Below, in pieces: positions 29,174 to 40,243 of a stretch of DNA of 64,000 nucleotides; position 1 is the stretch's first letter; each line of letters begins with the position of its first letter. A program made the translations under genes and the position numbers. Origin of the DNA: an uncultured Spirochaetota bacterium (GTDB taxonomy: Bacteria; Spirochaetota; Spirochaetia; SZUA-6; Fen-1364); assembly GCA_963781885.1 (NCBI GenBank), contig CAWAHW010000001.1, forward strand, positions 416,001 to 480,000, given 5' to 3'. The notes under the pieces are model-generated. The model did not search any database. It had not been told where the DNA came from and saw only the letters and a list, made by a program, of their open reading frames with translations.

Positions 29174-30649
29174 TCAGGTACTAGTTCCCGCCTCTGCCTG
29201 CGAACCTGTTTGCTGCGGAGCCGTTTCCGGCGCTGATTTTTTACGCACTGTCAAGAACAGCGTGGGGACCGCGGCAACCACGGTAAAGCCAATTGCCCAC
29301 CAGAAGGAGACGTTGAATGCATTGGAAATCGCATGAAGATCGGAGACGGCGTGGCCCGCCGTCTGGCGCTGGAGGACGGTCGCAAGAATGGCCGCCCCGA
29401 AGGCCCCGCCGATGGTGTTGAAAATCCTTGTGGAGATGCTCGCGTGGGGAGCCTGCTCTCTTGGAAGTCCGATATAAGCGGATGCCATGATTGCGATAAA
29501 CAAGCCGCCAAGCCCCGCTCCTCTGATCAGCAAGGCGGCAGCCAGAAGGACCAGATTCGTATCCGCAGCCGCAAAAGCAAACGGCAGCGTCCCGATCACG
29601 ATGGCGGCGAGGCTGAGCAGCACGATGGTGCGTGCACCGTCGCGGTCGGCCGTTCTCCCTGCCCAGCCTCTGGTCAGCAGCATCCCTATGCCTTGCGGAA
29701 GCAGCAACAACCCGGCAGACAGGACGCTTGCTCCGCGCGCCTCCTGGTAATAGAGCGGCAGCATCAATAAAACCCCGTTCATAATGATTCCCTGCAACGT
29801 CAGCAGGATATTGGAAGCGGAAAAATTGACGGATTTGAACAGCCGCACATTCAGAACCGGTTCCCGTTTCGTATTCAGAGCATAGACGACATAGGATGCC
29901 ATCAGGACAACGCCGAAAATGAGCGGAAGATAGACCGCGCTGCTGCCTAATCCCCCGTGCGTGGCGATCTGGGCAATGCCATAGACCAGAAGGGCAAAGG
30001 CGGGCGAGAGCAAGAGCAGGCCGATCCCATCAAGGGACGCTTTCTTTTCTACATGCTTGTCGGCCGGTATTCCCCACATGGACAACGGAATCGCCACGAT
30101 GCAGATGGGAATATTGATCCAGAAGATGGCGCGCCAGCTCAGACTGCTGACGACAATTCCTCCTATGACCGGGCCAAGGATCGGCCCAAGCAGACCGGGC
30201 ACGCTGATCATCGACATCATCCGCCCGAGATTGCGTCCGCCGGATATCTGCACAAGCTCGGTTTGCATGACCGGCACCATCAAGCCGGCGCCGACCCCCT
30301 GGATGACCCGGAAAGCAATCAGGCTCTGTATGTTCCATGACAGCATGGAGCAGACAGAGCCGACAAAGAAAATCACCAACGAAAAGATGTAGGACCGTTT
30401 GGCTCCAAATCGCTTGGTGGCCCAACCTGAAATCGGGAGGGTCAGCCCCATCGCGAGAATGTATGCCGTCGCGACCCACTGCACCGTGGAAATGGTCGCT
30501 TTCATCTCAACCGCGACCGTATGGATCGCCACGTTCATCATCGTCGAATCCAGCAATGGGACGAGCGCGCCGACGATCAGAACAGTGATGGCCCTGCGCA
30601 CGACCGGATCGAGTTTTTCTTTTGCTGGTTTTACAATCTCTGTGCTCAT
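29174..30649 (-). CDS. DHA2-family MFS efflux transporter
   Basis: LDSTMMNVA, QWVATAY, WRAIFWINIP; about 14 TM segments. Confidence 0.92.
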   Translation of the reverse strand: MSTEIVKPAKEKLDPVVRRAITVLIVGALVPLLDSTMMNVAIHTVAVEMKATISTVQWVATAYILAMGLTLPISGWATKRFGAKRSYIFSLVIFFVGSVCSMLSWNIQSLIAFRVIQGVGAGLMVPVMQTELVQISGGRNLGRMMSMISVPGLLGPILGPVIGGIVVSSLSWRAIFWINIPICIVAIPLSMWGIPADKHVEKKASLDGIGLLLLSPAFALLVYGIAQIATHGGLGSSAVYLPLIFGVVLMASYVVYALNTKREPVLNVRLFKSVNFSASNILLTLQGIIMNGVLLMLPLYYQEARGASVLSAGLLLLPQGIGMLLTRGWAGRTADRDGARTIVLLSLAAIVIGTLPFAFAAADTNLVLLAAALLIRGAGLGGLFIAIMASAYIGLPREQAPHASISTRIFNTIGGAFGAAILATVLQRQTAGHAVSDLHAISNAFNVSFWWAIGFTVVAAVPTLFLTVRKKSAPETAPQQTGSQAEAGTST

Positions 30650-30779
30650 GAGAAAACTCCTTTCATCGCCAGAGTAAGAAAAGTGACGGCATGTTGTATA
30701 AACAATGCTCTATCGCTATACTGAAAATGTAGAGCACGTCATGGCGAGTTCAATCGATAGTTCACGGTAGATATCGCAA

Positions 30780-31425
30780 ATGCGACAAAAACGCGAAAGT
30801 GTCGTGGAAAAGGAGGATCCTCGAATCCTGCGAACGCGGAAGTTGCTTGCAGGACGCCTTTATCGAGCTGATGGGTGACCACAGCTTCGAATCGATCACG
30901 GTCCAGGATATTACCGATACCGCAAGGGTCAACCACGCAACCTTTTACCGCCACTACCAGGACAAGTATCACCTGGCCGACGCGATTTTCGCTGAGGCGC
31001 TGGACTCCATGGTCCGCGCGTTTGGTCCCCCGAAGTCACTCCCCGAAGTTGACAGGACAGATTCAACGGTGATCCTGAAATCCTGGGGAATTATTTTCAG
31101 GCATGTCGCCGACAATGATCGCCTCTATCGAACTCTTTTTAACTCAAGTGGCAATACGGCGTTCATTCGCCGTATTCGTGAACATTTCGCCTCCATTGTG
31201 AAGGAGAGGATGGAGGCGAGAATCAAGCAGAACAAGCCGGGCGGGGCGCGCCGCGCGATGGTGAAGAACCCGAATTTTGACATTCATTATGCGCTCGCAG
31301 CCAATCTGATGATTGGGACGATCGGTTGGTGGCTCGAAGAAGGTCAGAAGTACGACCTCGATGAGGTGATCGTGTGGACTCGTAAACTTATGCACAGCGC
31401 TTTCGGAGAACTTCTGAGGGACTAA
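30780..31425 (+). CDS. TetR-family regulator, frameshifted near 30847
   Basis: EKEDPRILRTRKLL in one frame joins QDAFIELM...ITVQDI...ATFYRHY in the next; divergent from the MFS gene. Confidence 0.85.
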
Positions 31426-31533
31426 TCGAGCCGGAGCCGACAGGAGGAGCATTGTCAGCCGTTTGGCATCTGCGAACGCCTTCACGCAACCCTGGGCACG
31501 GCTCGAAGAGTCGGCGTCGTCGCTGCGGGTCTA

Positions 31534-32663
31534 CTAAGCTCCGTATACCGGCATTTTCATGGTCAACACCGGTGTCGCCACAGTCATGTCTTGGACCAGC
31601 CCTGTACTTCCATAGAGACCTTCGAAGTCGAAAATTTCCGGATCAGAGACAATATCCGTGCTTTTCAGTGCAGCATCGAATCCATCTATTTCCGCTTCAA
31701 ACTCATTTGTGCCAACGGCCACCGTGATTCCAGTATTCCAAGCCTGGATCACCGATTCGGTATCTGAACCACCGTTTAGGTAGATACTGGGTGAAACAAA
31801 GTCCATCCACACCGCTTTTCTTGCAGGACTTATGTAAAGATAAAAAAAAGTGCCCGACGATTCCCTGGGTTGCAAACTATAGACATAGGTGGCGTCCGTC
31901 GGGAAGCTGGAGTCCGTCTTCAAGTAAATAAACAGGGTGCCTGTCGTTCCCTTTGCCATTTTCATTTGTACATTTCGTCGGTGGGGATATAGGTGATATC
32001 CGTCCCCCACACTGTCGAGGGCAGCGACACGGAGAACTCCTGTGCCAGCAAGTTCGCTGCCACCGGCAAATGATGCTTGGAGTCTGTCGTGACTTTAAAC
32101 TTTTTCTGCTGGATGCACTTCAGTCCCATCTCCTTTCTCAGGCGGGAAATATGATCGCGCCCAACCTGCTGGTTTTCAGCCGCCAGTTCCTCTTGGAGCC
32201 TGAGCGGGCCGTAGGTGCCCCTGCTTCGTTTGTGCGCGCAGCTGATCAGCCTCTTCAACACTGAATCCTGAATCTCTCTGCGTGACGGTCCACGGGTCAG
32301 CCACTTGTAGTATCCGCTACGGGATACCTCAAGCACCCTCGCCATGAGCTTTGTTGGATACACGAGCCTGTAGGCCTTCATGAACGCGTACCGGGCAATG
32401 ACTCCTTTGCGAAGTACGCCGTGGCTTTTTTTAAGATTTCCCGCTCCATGCGGGCTTCGGCCAGTTCTTTCAATGCCGCCGGGGTCCTGGGAAGAGTTGC
32501 CAGTCAGGGTAAGAATGCTTCCGTCGGTCCAGTCGCTGAAATTTCCGTCGATCTGAATGGCCGCGCTGCTCACGGTTGGTGCAAATGTGGCAGCGAGATC
32601 ACACCCAAACAAAAGAGAGACTGCGGCGGCAAGAATGAACGCACCAAAATATGAGCACTTCAA
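31534..32663 (-). pseudogene. lipoprotein gene interrupted by an IS3 fragment
   Basis: LLFGC lipobox and IDGNFSDW. Removing 31974-32470 restores a 210-aa ORF. Confidence 0.75.
31974..32470 (-). mobile_element. internal IS3-family fragment (orfA end, A7G frameshift site, orfB start)
   Basis: ELAEARMEREILKKATAYFAKES, AAAAAAAG at 32432-32425, VSRSGYY...TYG...TTDSKH...VWGTDITYIPT. No terminal inverted repeats. Confidence 0.9.
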
Positions 32664-32894
32664 CCGAGTTCTCCCTTAGGCGACTTTCCATAAGTGTTGG
32701 CCATGCATATCGTTGTTTCTTCCCCATCTTACAGGGCTTGCGCCTTTCGTCAAGATAACTTTGGTCGCGTCATGACCTGCTTTTTCGAGAAGCGCGGCCT
32801 CAAGCTTGGTCGAGGGAGCAAGCAGGAAACGGGCCGCTTCGCCCAAGAGAAGCTCGCGTTGGTGCTCCTTTCTTGGAGCGCTGAAAGGACGCCA

Positions 32895-33833
32895 TCATGG
32901 AGCCTCCTGCAGAAAGAGGACGACTTCTTGGGCGATCAGGTCCGGGTATTGAAAAATCAAGCCGTGGCCAACTCCTCGAAGGCGAACAAGCCATGCGTCG
33001 GAAATGGCTTTGACCAAAAGGTCTGAGTTATCGGGCGGATCAATGACGTCATCTTCGCCAGTGATAACCAAGGTAGGCTGCATGATCTGCCCCAACCGAG
33101 AAAAAGATCCACTCCAATTCTGGATCGCCCGGTACTGACGTTCACAGTTCTCGACGGGGTTTATTGTCGTTCGGACCGGAAAGTAGCTGGGGATATTCGG
33201 GTTCTTCTGCAACCAGGCGTTCGGAAAGAGGGCCCGGATCAGGCGCATGCCGCGGTCTTGGGGAGTTCCCGAATTGTCGGTAAAGATCCCCATTCCCTCG
33301 GGCCGCGTCGGTATCTTCTCGTTTCCGCCAGGCGTCCCCGCCAAAAGGACGAGCTTCTCCACGCGGTCGGGACGGGTGAGGACGAGCTCCTGAGCGATGT
33401 CGGTGCCCATCGAGTAGCCTAGCACGGCGGCTTTCTCGATGCCCAGGGCGTCCATTAGCCCCAGGGTGTCGGCTGCAAAAAGCGGAATAGTGTATTCCTG
33501 TTCGGAGGATTGCGACCGCCCCATTCCTCGATTGTCGAACACGATAACCCGGTACGAGTCAGACAGGCGCTGGATCAAACGGGGGCTCCAGAGGTCCAAA
33601 GAACCCGCATACCCCATGATCATCACCAGTGGTTCCCCTGAACCGAATTCCTGATAGGCGACGTCGATATCTCCGACATGGACGAACTTGTCTTGGGCCG
33701 GATCGAGGATCGGCGTTTGCGCCGATGTCGAAGGGACCAAAATGGTCAATAACAGCAACGCCAGAATGGCAGAAGCCGCTTTCCGATAAGGAGTCAAAAC
33801 CCTCTTAAGGCCTGTTTTTTTCACGTCGATCAT
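32895..33833 (-). CDS. secreted alpha/beta hydrolase
   Basis: FDNRGMG, GYSMG nucleophile elbow, GEDD and GH. Confidence 0.9.
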   Translation of the reverse strand: MIDVKKTGLKRVLTPYRKAASAILALLLLTILVPSTSAQTPILDPAQDKFVHVGDIDVAYQEFGSGEPLVMIMGYAGSLDLWSPRLIQRLSDSYRVIVFDNRGMGRSQSSEQEYTIPLFAADTLGLMDALGIEKAAVLGYSMGTDIAQELVLTRPDRVEKLVLLAGTPGGNEKIPTRPEGMGIFTDNSGTPQDRGMRLIRALFPNAWLQKNPNIPSYFPVRTTINPVENCERQYRAIQNWSGSFSRLGQIMQPTLVITGEDDVIDPPDNSDLLVKAISDAWLVRLRGVGHGLIFQYPDLIAQEVVLFLQEAP

Positions 33834-34533
33834 CGGTTTCTCCTTTTTTTGACGCGGGTCCTTTGCCTCTTGCAGTGCATATACCACGGGCCTTGTGGGT
33901 GACGGGTAGTGCCAAAAGTCATGGAATGGTCATGGTGCCTGGGAAAGAAAAGGCAATGGAGCTGGCACCCTATCCTCTTATAGCGGCCGAAAAGCCAAGC
34001 GACCGAAGGCGACTTATCGGTCTTTGCCTCCGCTTGTTCGTGCGATGAGAATTTTCTGCCCCGTCTGGTAGGTGAAATCGAGATTGGGTGGCTGCTCCGT
34101 ATGGCTTGGTCGGCAGTTTGTGCCTATATTCAATTCCTGACGCGCAGGCGAGTGGGGCGGTTTTCGTGAGAGGAGGGCTGAAGCAGTGGATCCGAAAAGA
34201 ACACGACTGTGCTCGCACCTGCCTTCAGTCCATCATCGCGTCTGTGCAGGAGCGGTTCTCCATCATTTCTGAGTTGGTCCAATCCGATCGTGTGCGACCA
34301 TTCTGCAAGGTCGCACACGCCGAGCAAAGCCCTTTGTAGGGATGGGTTGTTCCGAACCCCTCGTGTCACTGCCCTATTCCTGCCTTCTTGAAATATGGGA
34401 GAATAGACTTTATGTGGGCAAAGGTGAGTGCGTTGAGGATGTTGAAAATCCGGCCTAAGTCGAACACGCGGGAATCGGCGGCGCAACCGTCCTCGGGATG
34501 TTTTGAACTGCCTGCCGGGCGGGGGGGAGCAAG

Positions 34534-37137
34534 GTGAGAAAGCGAGTAAAACGCCTCCAGCACAACCTCGAACAAGAAAAAGCCATAGTGCGGACACTGA
34601 TTGACAATCTGCCCGATGGCATTGTCTTGAAAGACAGAGAAAGCCGCTTCATCTTCGCCAATCGGGTCATTGCGGAGCTGATGGGAGCGGCTGACCCATC
34701 GGTTCTGCCTGGCAAGACAGATCGCGATTTCTATCCCCAGGAGGTGGCCGATGCGTTGCTTGCAGAAGAGCGAGTTGTTATCGAGACCCGCAAGAGTTTG
34801 GTCAACAAGGAAGAGTCCAAATCGTTGTTGGGCGGGATGAGACGGGTCCTGACCACAAAGGTCCCGGTTTTTGACGCCGCCGGCGAGGTCACCGGCCTGC
34901 TTGGTATAACGCGCGACATCACGGAACGGCACAACGCGGAAGAAGACCTTCAAAGAAGTGACCGCCGCTACCGCGATCTCCTGGAGCAAGCCCCTGACGG
35001 GATCTTTCTCCTGGATGAAAAGGGGAACTTCCTCATCGCGAACATGACGATCTGCAATATGTTGGGATACTCGGAAGAAGAGCTGCTTCAGCGAGACATC
35101 CTGGATACCTACCCGCAAGAGTTACGGGAGGTGGGCAAGGCGCGTCTGGAAGAAATCATCTCAGAGGGGGCGGTACGATTCCAACGGCAGATGATGAGGA
35201 AGGATGGGTCTTCCTTTCCAGTTGAGATGAGTGCCCGAAGACTGGCAGATGGAAGGCTGCAAGGGATCGCGCACGACATCACGGAACGCAAACGCACCGA
35301 ATCTAAACTGGCTCTCGAGCGCAGGCTTCTCGAAGTCCTCCTGGACAATATTCCGGACTATATCTACTTCAAGGACACCCAAAGTCGCTTCATTCGTACA
35401 TCAAGGGCGCACGCAAGGATATTTGGCTTGCATGACGCCAAAGAGGCTATTGGAAAGACCGACATGGATTTTTTCTCCGAGGAGCATGCTCTGAAAGCTC
35501 TCGAAGATGAACAGCGCATCATTCGTACTGGCGAGCCCATTCTGAATGTGGAGGAAAAGGAGACCTGGCCAGATCGGCCGCAAACATGGGCCTTGACGAC
35601 CAAGATGCCCCTGCGTGATCAGGAAGGAAGCATCATCGGCACCTTCGGTATCTCACGTGACATCACCGAAACGAAGCGGGCCCAAGAAAGCATTTTGAGC
35701 CTCGCCCGATTTCCCGACGAAAGTCCTCACCCCGTCATGCGAGTCAAATCAGATGGGGCGGTCATTTACAAAAACAAGGCGAGTGAGGCTATGACATCAT
35801 CCTGGGCGGGTGTGGTTGACAGAAAAGCTCCCGAAGAGTTCTTACGTACGCTCACCCTTTCATGGGAATCGGGTGAGCAGAGGGAACTCGAGCTTCTCGA
35901 GGGCCAGAAGTCGTATGTTGTGACATTTGTGCCGTTTGCCGCCGAGGGGTATGTCAACATCTATGGCAGAGATGTGACAGAAGAAAAGAAACTGAGTGAA
36001 CGACTGAATCAGGCCCAGAAAATGGAGGCAATCGGTCAACTGACAGGAGGGGTCGCCCACGATTTTAACAATATCCTTCAGGCCATCACCGGCTATTGTG
36101 AGGTACTCAGACCGGGATTGGCCGAGAAGGACCAGAAGTTTTTGGCAGAGATCACCAAGGCGACTCAAAGGGCCGCGGCGCTCACCGCACAGCTTCTCGC
36201 ATTCAGTCGAAAGCAAATCTTAAGGCCTCAGGTTGTCGATACGAAGGATCTCATTGCCTTCATTCAAAAGATGCTCGAAAGGGTCATCGGGGAGGATATC
36301 GAGCTGCGAACCTCCATCGATCCCGATACGGGGAACTTTCTGGCAGACCCCGGGCAGATGGAACAGGTCCTGCTGAACCTCGCAGTCAACGCGCGGGACG
36401 CAATGCCTTCGGGGGGAACGTTCAGTATTGAAACTTCAAATCGCACATTCGACGAGGCCTATGTTCGCGATCACCCTGGGGCCAAGGCGGGGCTGTTTGT
36501 TTGCATCGCCGTGAGTGACACCGGAATCGGCATGGATCAAGAAACCCTCTCGCACATCTATGAACCGTTCTTTACCACCAAGGAGCTCGGGAAAGGGACC
36601 GGCTTGGGCCTGGCAACAGTTTTTGGGATCGTCAAGCAGAGTGAGGGCTATATCAACTGCTACAGCGAACCCGGCAAAGGAACGACGTTCACGATTTATC
36701 TCCCGGTTGTTCGCGCGGAGGCCGACAGACCGAAGGTTGTAGCCTCTGGAGTGCTTGCCCCGAGAGGGACGGAAACAATACTCCTCGTAGACGATGATAC
36801 GTCGGTTCGCAGCATTACACGGATCGCACTTGAGGGGGCGGGGTATTTCGTCATCGAGGCCTCAAGAGGAAAAGAGGCTCTGTCCGAGATCTCGACGCGC
36901 CACATTGCCGTCGCGCTGTTGGTCACCGATGTCGTCATGCCACAAATGAGCGGGAGAGAGCTCGCCCAGAAGCTGGAAGAGGCTTGCCCGGGAGTGAAGG
37001 TCCTTTATGTTTCGGGGTACACGGCGAATGTCATTTCGCACCATGGTATCCTTGAGACGGGAGTGGAATATTTGCAGAAGCCTTTCAGCACGATTGAGCT
37101 GCTCACCAAGGTGCGAGAGATACTGGACAGGCGATAA
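34534..37137 (+). CDS. multi-PAS hybrid histidine kinase
   Basis: PAS repeats, AHDFNN H-box, NARDAM, GTGLGL, C-terminal receiver domain. Confidence 0.95.
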   Translation: MRKRVKRLQHNLEQEKAIVRTLIDNLPDGIVLKDRESRFIFANRVIAELMGAADPSVLPGKTDRDFYPQEVADALLAEERVVIETRKSLVNKEESKSLLGGMRRVLTTKVPVFDAAGEVTGLLGITRDITERHNAEEDLQRSDRRYRDLLEQAPDGIFLLDEKGNFLIANMTICNMLGYSEEELLQRDILDTYPQELREVGKARLEEIISEGAVRFQRQMMRKDGSSFPVEMSARRLADGRLQGIAHDITERKRTESKLALERRLLEVLLDNIPDYIYFKDTQSRFIRTSRAHARIFGLHDAKEAIGKTDMDFFSEEHALKALEDEQRIIRTGEPILNVEEKETWPDRPQTWALTTKMPLRDQEGSIIGTFGISRDITETKRAQESILSLARFPDESPHPVMRVKSDGAVIYKNKASEAMTSSWAGVVDRKAPEEFLRTLTLSWESGEQRELELLEGQKSYVVTFVPFAAEGYVNIYGRDVTEEKKLSERLNQAQKMEAIGQLTGGVAHDFNNILQAITGYCEVLRPGLAEKDQKFLAEITKATQRAAALTAQLLAFSRKQILRPQVVDTKDLIAFIQKMLERVIGEDIELRTSIDPDTGNFLADPGQMEQVLLNLAVNARDAMPSGGTFSIETSNRTFDEAYVRDHPGAKAGLFVCIAVSDTGIGMDQETLSHIYEPFFTTKELGKGTGLGLATVFGIVKQSEGYINCYSEPGKGTTFTIYLPVVRAEADRPKVVASGVLAPRGTETILLVDDDTSVRSITRIALEGAGYFVIEASRGKEALSEISTRHIAVALLVTDVVMPQMSGRELAQKLEEACPGVKVLYVSGYTANVISHHGILETGVEYLQKPFSTIELLTKVREILDRR

Positions 37138-37325
37138 CAAGAGATGGTGAATCTGAAAAGGCGTTATTTGGGCAATGACCGCCGGCACCATGATGTTGAG
37201 CAGGCTGTTTTCGCAGATGACCCGCAGCTTATTGATTGATCCCCTCTCCTCGCAGGAGACAGAAAGCCCTTTAAGAGAGTATCCCCGAAAATGGAGATCG
37301 ATTATATTGATGAGGGTGGAGAGAC

Positions 37326-37568
37326 ATGGAAAGCCTCCTTCTGGACCTGCTGGAGTGGCTGGCAAAACACGATCGAAGCTATGATGAAGTAATGGACGCG
37401 TGGAGGACCTCCTGTCCCAGACTGCCGGTCTGGGAGGAAGCGAATGATCGCGGCCTTGTCGCAAGGACCCCCCTGCAGGGGCGCATTATGGTCGGGATCA
37501 CCCCATTGGGGCGAGCCTTGCTGGAGCAGCGCCGGCCCGGCGCAGTTGAAACGTTCCGCACCGCCTGA
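37326..37568 (+). CDS. small wHTH-like hypothetical protein
   Basis: LLDLLEWL...[12 protein letters not shown]; closely coupled to the next gene. Confidence 0.7.
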   Translation: MESLLLDLLEWLAKHDRSYDEVMDAWRTSCPRLPVWEEANDRGLVARTPLQGRIMVGITPLGRALLEQRRPGAVETFRTA

Positions 37569-37573
37569 TTCCC

Positions 37574-38558
37574 ATGAAGGTCTCGATACTGGATGACTAC
37601 CACGACACGCTGCGCACGCTCGAATGCTTCCGCAAGCTTGACGGCCATGACGTCGAGGTCTGGAACGATCATGTACAGGACGCGGAGACGCTGGCCCGTC
37701 GCCTGAAGAACACGGAAGCCCTGGTGCTGATCCGCGAGCGAACCAGGATCGAGGCTCCACTCCTTGATCGCCTTTCCAAGCTGAAGCTGATCAGTCAACG
37801 GAGCGTCTACCCGCACATCGACGTCGACGCCTGCACCCGTCGCGGCATCATCGTGTCCTCGAACATGCACGCGGGCGCTCCATCGTATGCAGCGGCGGAA
37901 TTGACCTGGGGGCTCGTTCTTGCCGCAATGCGCGAGATTCCCGGACCAAGTGGCCGCGCTCAAAGCGGGGAAGTGGCAGGTTGGTGTCGGCAGCAGCGTG
38001 CGCGGGAAAACCCTCGGGATCTTCGGCTACGGTCGCATCGGGAGTGTGGTGGCGGGGTACGGCAAAGCCTTCGGCATGAGAGTGCTGGTGTGGTCGAGCG
38101 AACGGTCGCGGGCGCGGGCGTGGGCGGACGGCCATGAAACGGCGGTCGGGAAAGACCAGCTCTTTGAAGAATCCGACGTCGTGTCACTGCATCTACGCCT
38201 GGTGGAGGGCACACGCGGGATCGTCAAAGCGGGGGATCTGTCGCTCATGAAGCCCACGGCACTCATCGTGAATACAAGCCGAGCTCCTCTCATCGAACCG
38301 GGGGCGCTCGTGGAAGCGCTGCGGCGGGGTCGCCCGGGAATGGCGGCGGTGGACGTGTATGAAGAAGAGCCAATCGAGGACAGGCACAACCCCCTGCTGG
38401 AGATGAGCGGCGCCATCTGCACGCCGCACATCGGGTACGTCACCCGGGAGGAATTTGAAATACAATTCAGCGACATCTTCGACCAGATCACGGCATACTG
38501 CGCGGGAACGCCGATCAATGTCGTCAATCCGGAAGTGATAGCCGAGCTGAAGCGCTAA
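37574..38558 (+). CDS. D-2-hydroxyacid dehydrogenase family protein, frameshifted near 37940
   Basis: ILDDY...IRERT, then GYGRIG, VNTSRA and TPHIG in the next frame. Confidence 0.88.
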
Positions 38559-38623
38559 AGCCCGCCGGGGAATAGGCGATGGATGCGTCTACCGTGATGC
38601 CGCTCTTGTTAATCTTGTATCCC

Positions 38624-39871
38624 TCACCTATCTTCATTCAGCTCCCGTTCGAGTTTCGCCAGGCATTCAGGGCAGATCCCGTGGCTGAACTCCACCTCGG
38701 CGTGGTCCTTCATGTATGTCTCTACCTGATGCCAGTACCCCTTGTCATCACGGATTTTTTTGCATGAAGCGCAAATAGGTAGCAGGCCTCTGAGCTTCTT
38801 GACGTTCATAAGCGCGTCGCGCAGCTCGCCGATCAGTTTCTCTCGCTCTTCCTCAGCGCGCCGGCGTTCACTGATGTCGCGCAACAGAAGGATTCTCCCC
38901 ATCTTTCGCCCCGATCGGACCGAAATCTCAGCGACAGAGATTTCCAACGTTACTGACGGGTCACTCGAAAGAGATGGGGTGAGGGTTTCGCTCCCTGCGC
39001 GACGGCGAAGAGCTTCGGCAAGAGCCGGGAAAACTTCATCGAACTTGGTTCCGATCGCGAGGGAGTCGACGTGCAAGGCTCGTACCGCATTCTGGTTGAA
39101 ATCAGTGATCCGATCGAGTGAGTCCAGTACCATGAAACCCTCCTGAATGTGTTCCACCAGCGTCGCGCGCCCCTGGGGAACAAGGTCCAGGAAGTGAAGG
39201 CGATTGAACGCCGTGACGATGAGCACCGCGCTGATTGCAAATCCAAGGGAGGCGGTGTCCATTCCGGGGAATGGACCGTCGGGGATCAAGTAAAGGATGA
39301 CGCCAACCCACGGGATGAGAACGCTGACCACGAGGATGCCTGCTTGCGCGATATAGAGCCGAGCGGTCCGCATGACAACTCGCAGCAGATGGTAAAAGGC
39401 AATGAGGCATTGAGCGACGAACCAAGACAAGGCGATGTAGTACCAGATGCCTTGCTTGTAAATGACGGTGTTTGTCCCGCGAATCGGCCCTGGGGTGAAA
39501 CCAGTCCAAACGAGGTGGTGAAGGCCGTTGGTGAAGGCCAAAATGATTGTCGTTGTGGGGACAGCCCAAAAGCCTAAAAGCATCCACCCGTTCAGCGGCC
39601 AATCAGAACCAGCGTATTGGAGTGAGAAAACGAGGAACAGAGGCGGGACGTTGCAGAGGCCAACGTAGCTTACGGCGCGCCACAGGTATCTGTGTGAGGC
39701 ATCCAAGGAGGTCGTCTCCATCGCCGAGAAGAAGCACCAAATGGCGATCCCCAGGAGCGCAAAGGTCAAGGCCGAGCCTCCCGGGACCCTGCGCTTGCGC
39801 CACGCCGTGCCTGCCGCAAACAGGACGATCAGGGATGTGCCGAATAATATGCTTGAGAAGGGCGTGATCAT
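38624..39871 (-). CDS. 7TM sensor-PAS protein with a C-terminal Cys/His-rich domain
   Basis: HisKA_7TM-like region (TNGLHHLVW), PAS domain, LPICASCKKIRDD...SHGICPEC. Confidence 0.85.
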   Translation of the reverse strand: MITPFSSILFGTSLIVLFAAGTAWRKRRVPGGSALTFALLGIAIWCFFSAMETTSLDASHRYLWRAVSYVGLCNVPPLFLVFSLQYAGSDWPLNGWMLLGFWAVPTTTIILAFTNGLHHLVWTGFTPGPIRGTNTVIYKQGIWYYIALSWFVAQCLIAFYHLLRVVMRTARLYIAQAGILVVSVLIPWVGVILYLIPDGPFPGMDTASLGFAISAVLIVTAFNRLHFLDLVPQGRATLVEHIQEGFMVLDSLDRITDFNQNAVRALHVDSLAIGTKFDEVFPALAEALRRRAGSETLTPSLSSDPSVTLEISVAEISVRSGRKMGRILLLRDISERRRAEEEREKLIGELRDALMNVKKLRGLLPICASCKKIRDDKGYWHQVETYMKDHAEVEFSHGICPECLAKLERELNEDR

Positions 39872-40243
39872 TCTGGTGGTGCGATATGAGCCGAGGGCCT
39901 TACCGTGCGAACTGAAGTCGGCATGCGCTTTTCCTCGAATTGGGAGGTATGACTCACTCTTGACCTTCGATAATACAATGGTTTCGAGGTTTTCCAGTAG
40001 TTCTTTCGTCGGAATGCCAGGCCACCGAACATTGGCGCGAAGGGGCTTTGCGGCGCATTTCTGGGTCGCTCGTGGTGAACCCGTAGATCTCTATTCTCGC
40101 CCACTGCCGTATACTATGCTGCTCAGGGCACATCTCGGGGAGCGTGCGTGGCGTTTATCTGGACGCTGCATGAAGCCGAACGCGGGGGACGGCGGCGCGG
40201 ACGGCAACTTGCCTGAGTTGAATGTCTTGGCTGGAGGCAACGA

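Noticed and set aside
34289-34319. 11-bp hairpin CGTGTGCGACC/GGTCGCACACG
   Set aside because: Isolated, no U-tract and no second copy; no function can be supported.
37132-37172. attC-like GATAAC...GTTAT after a kinase gene (integron cassette)
   Set aside because: Too short, inner boxes poorly paired, no similar sites between other genes and no IntI.
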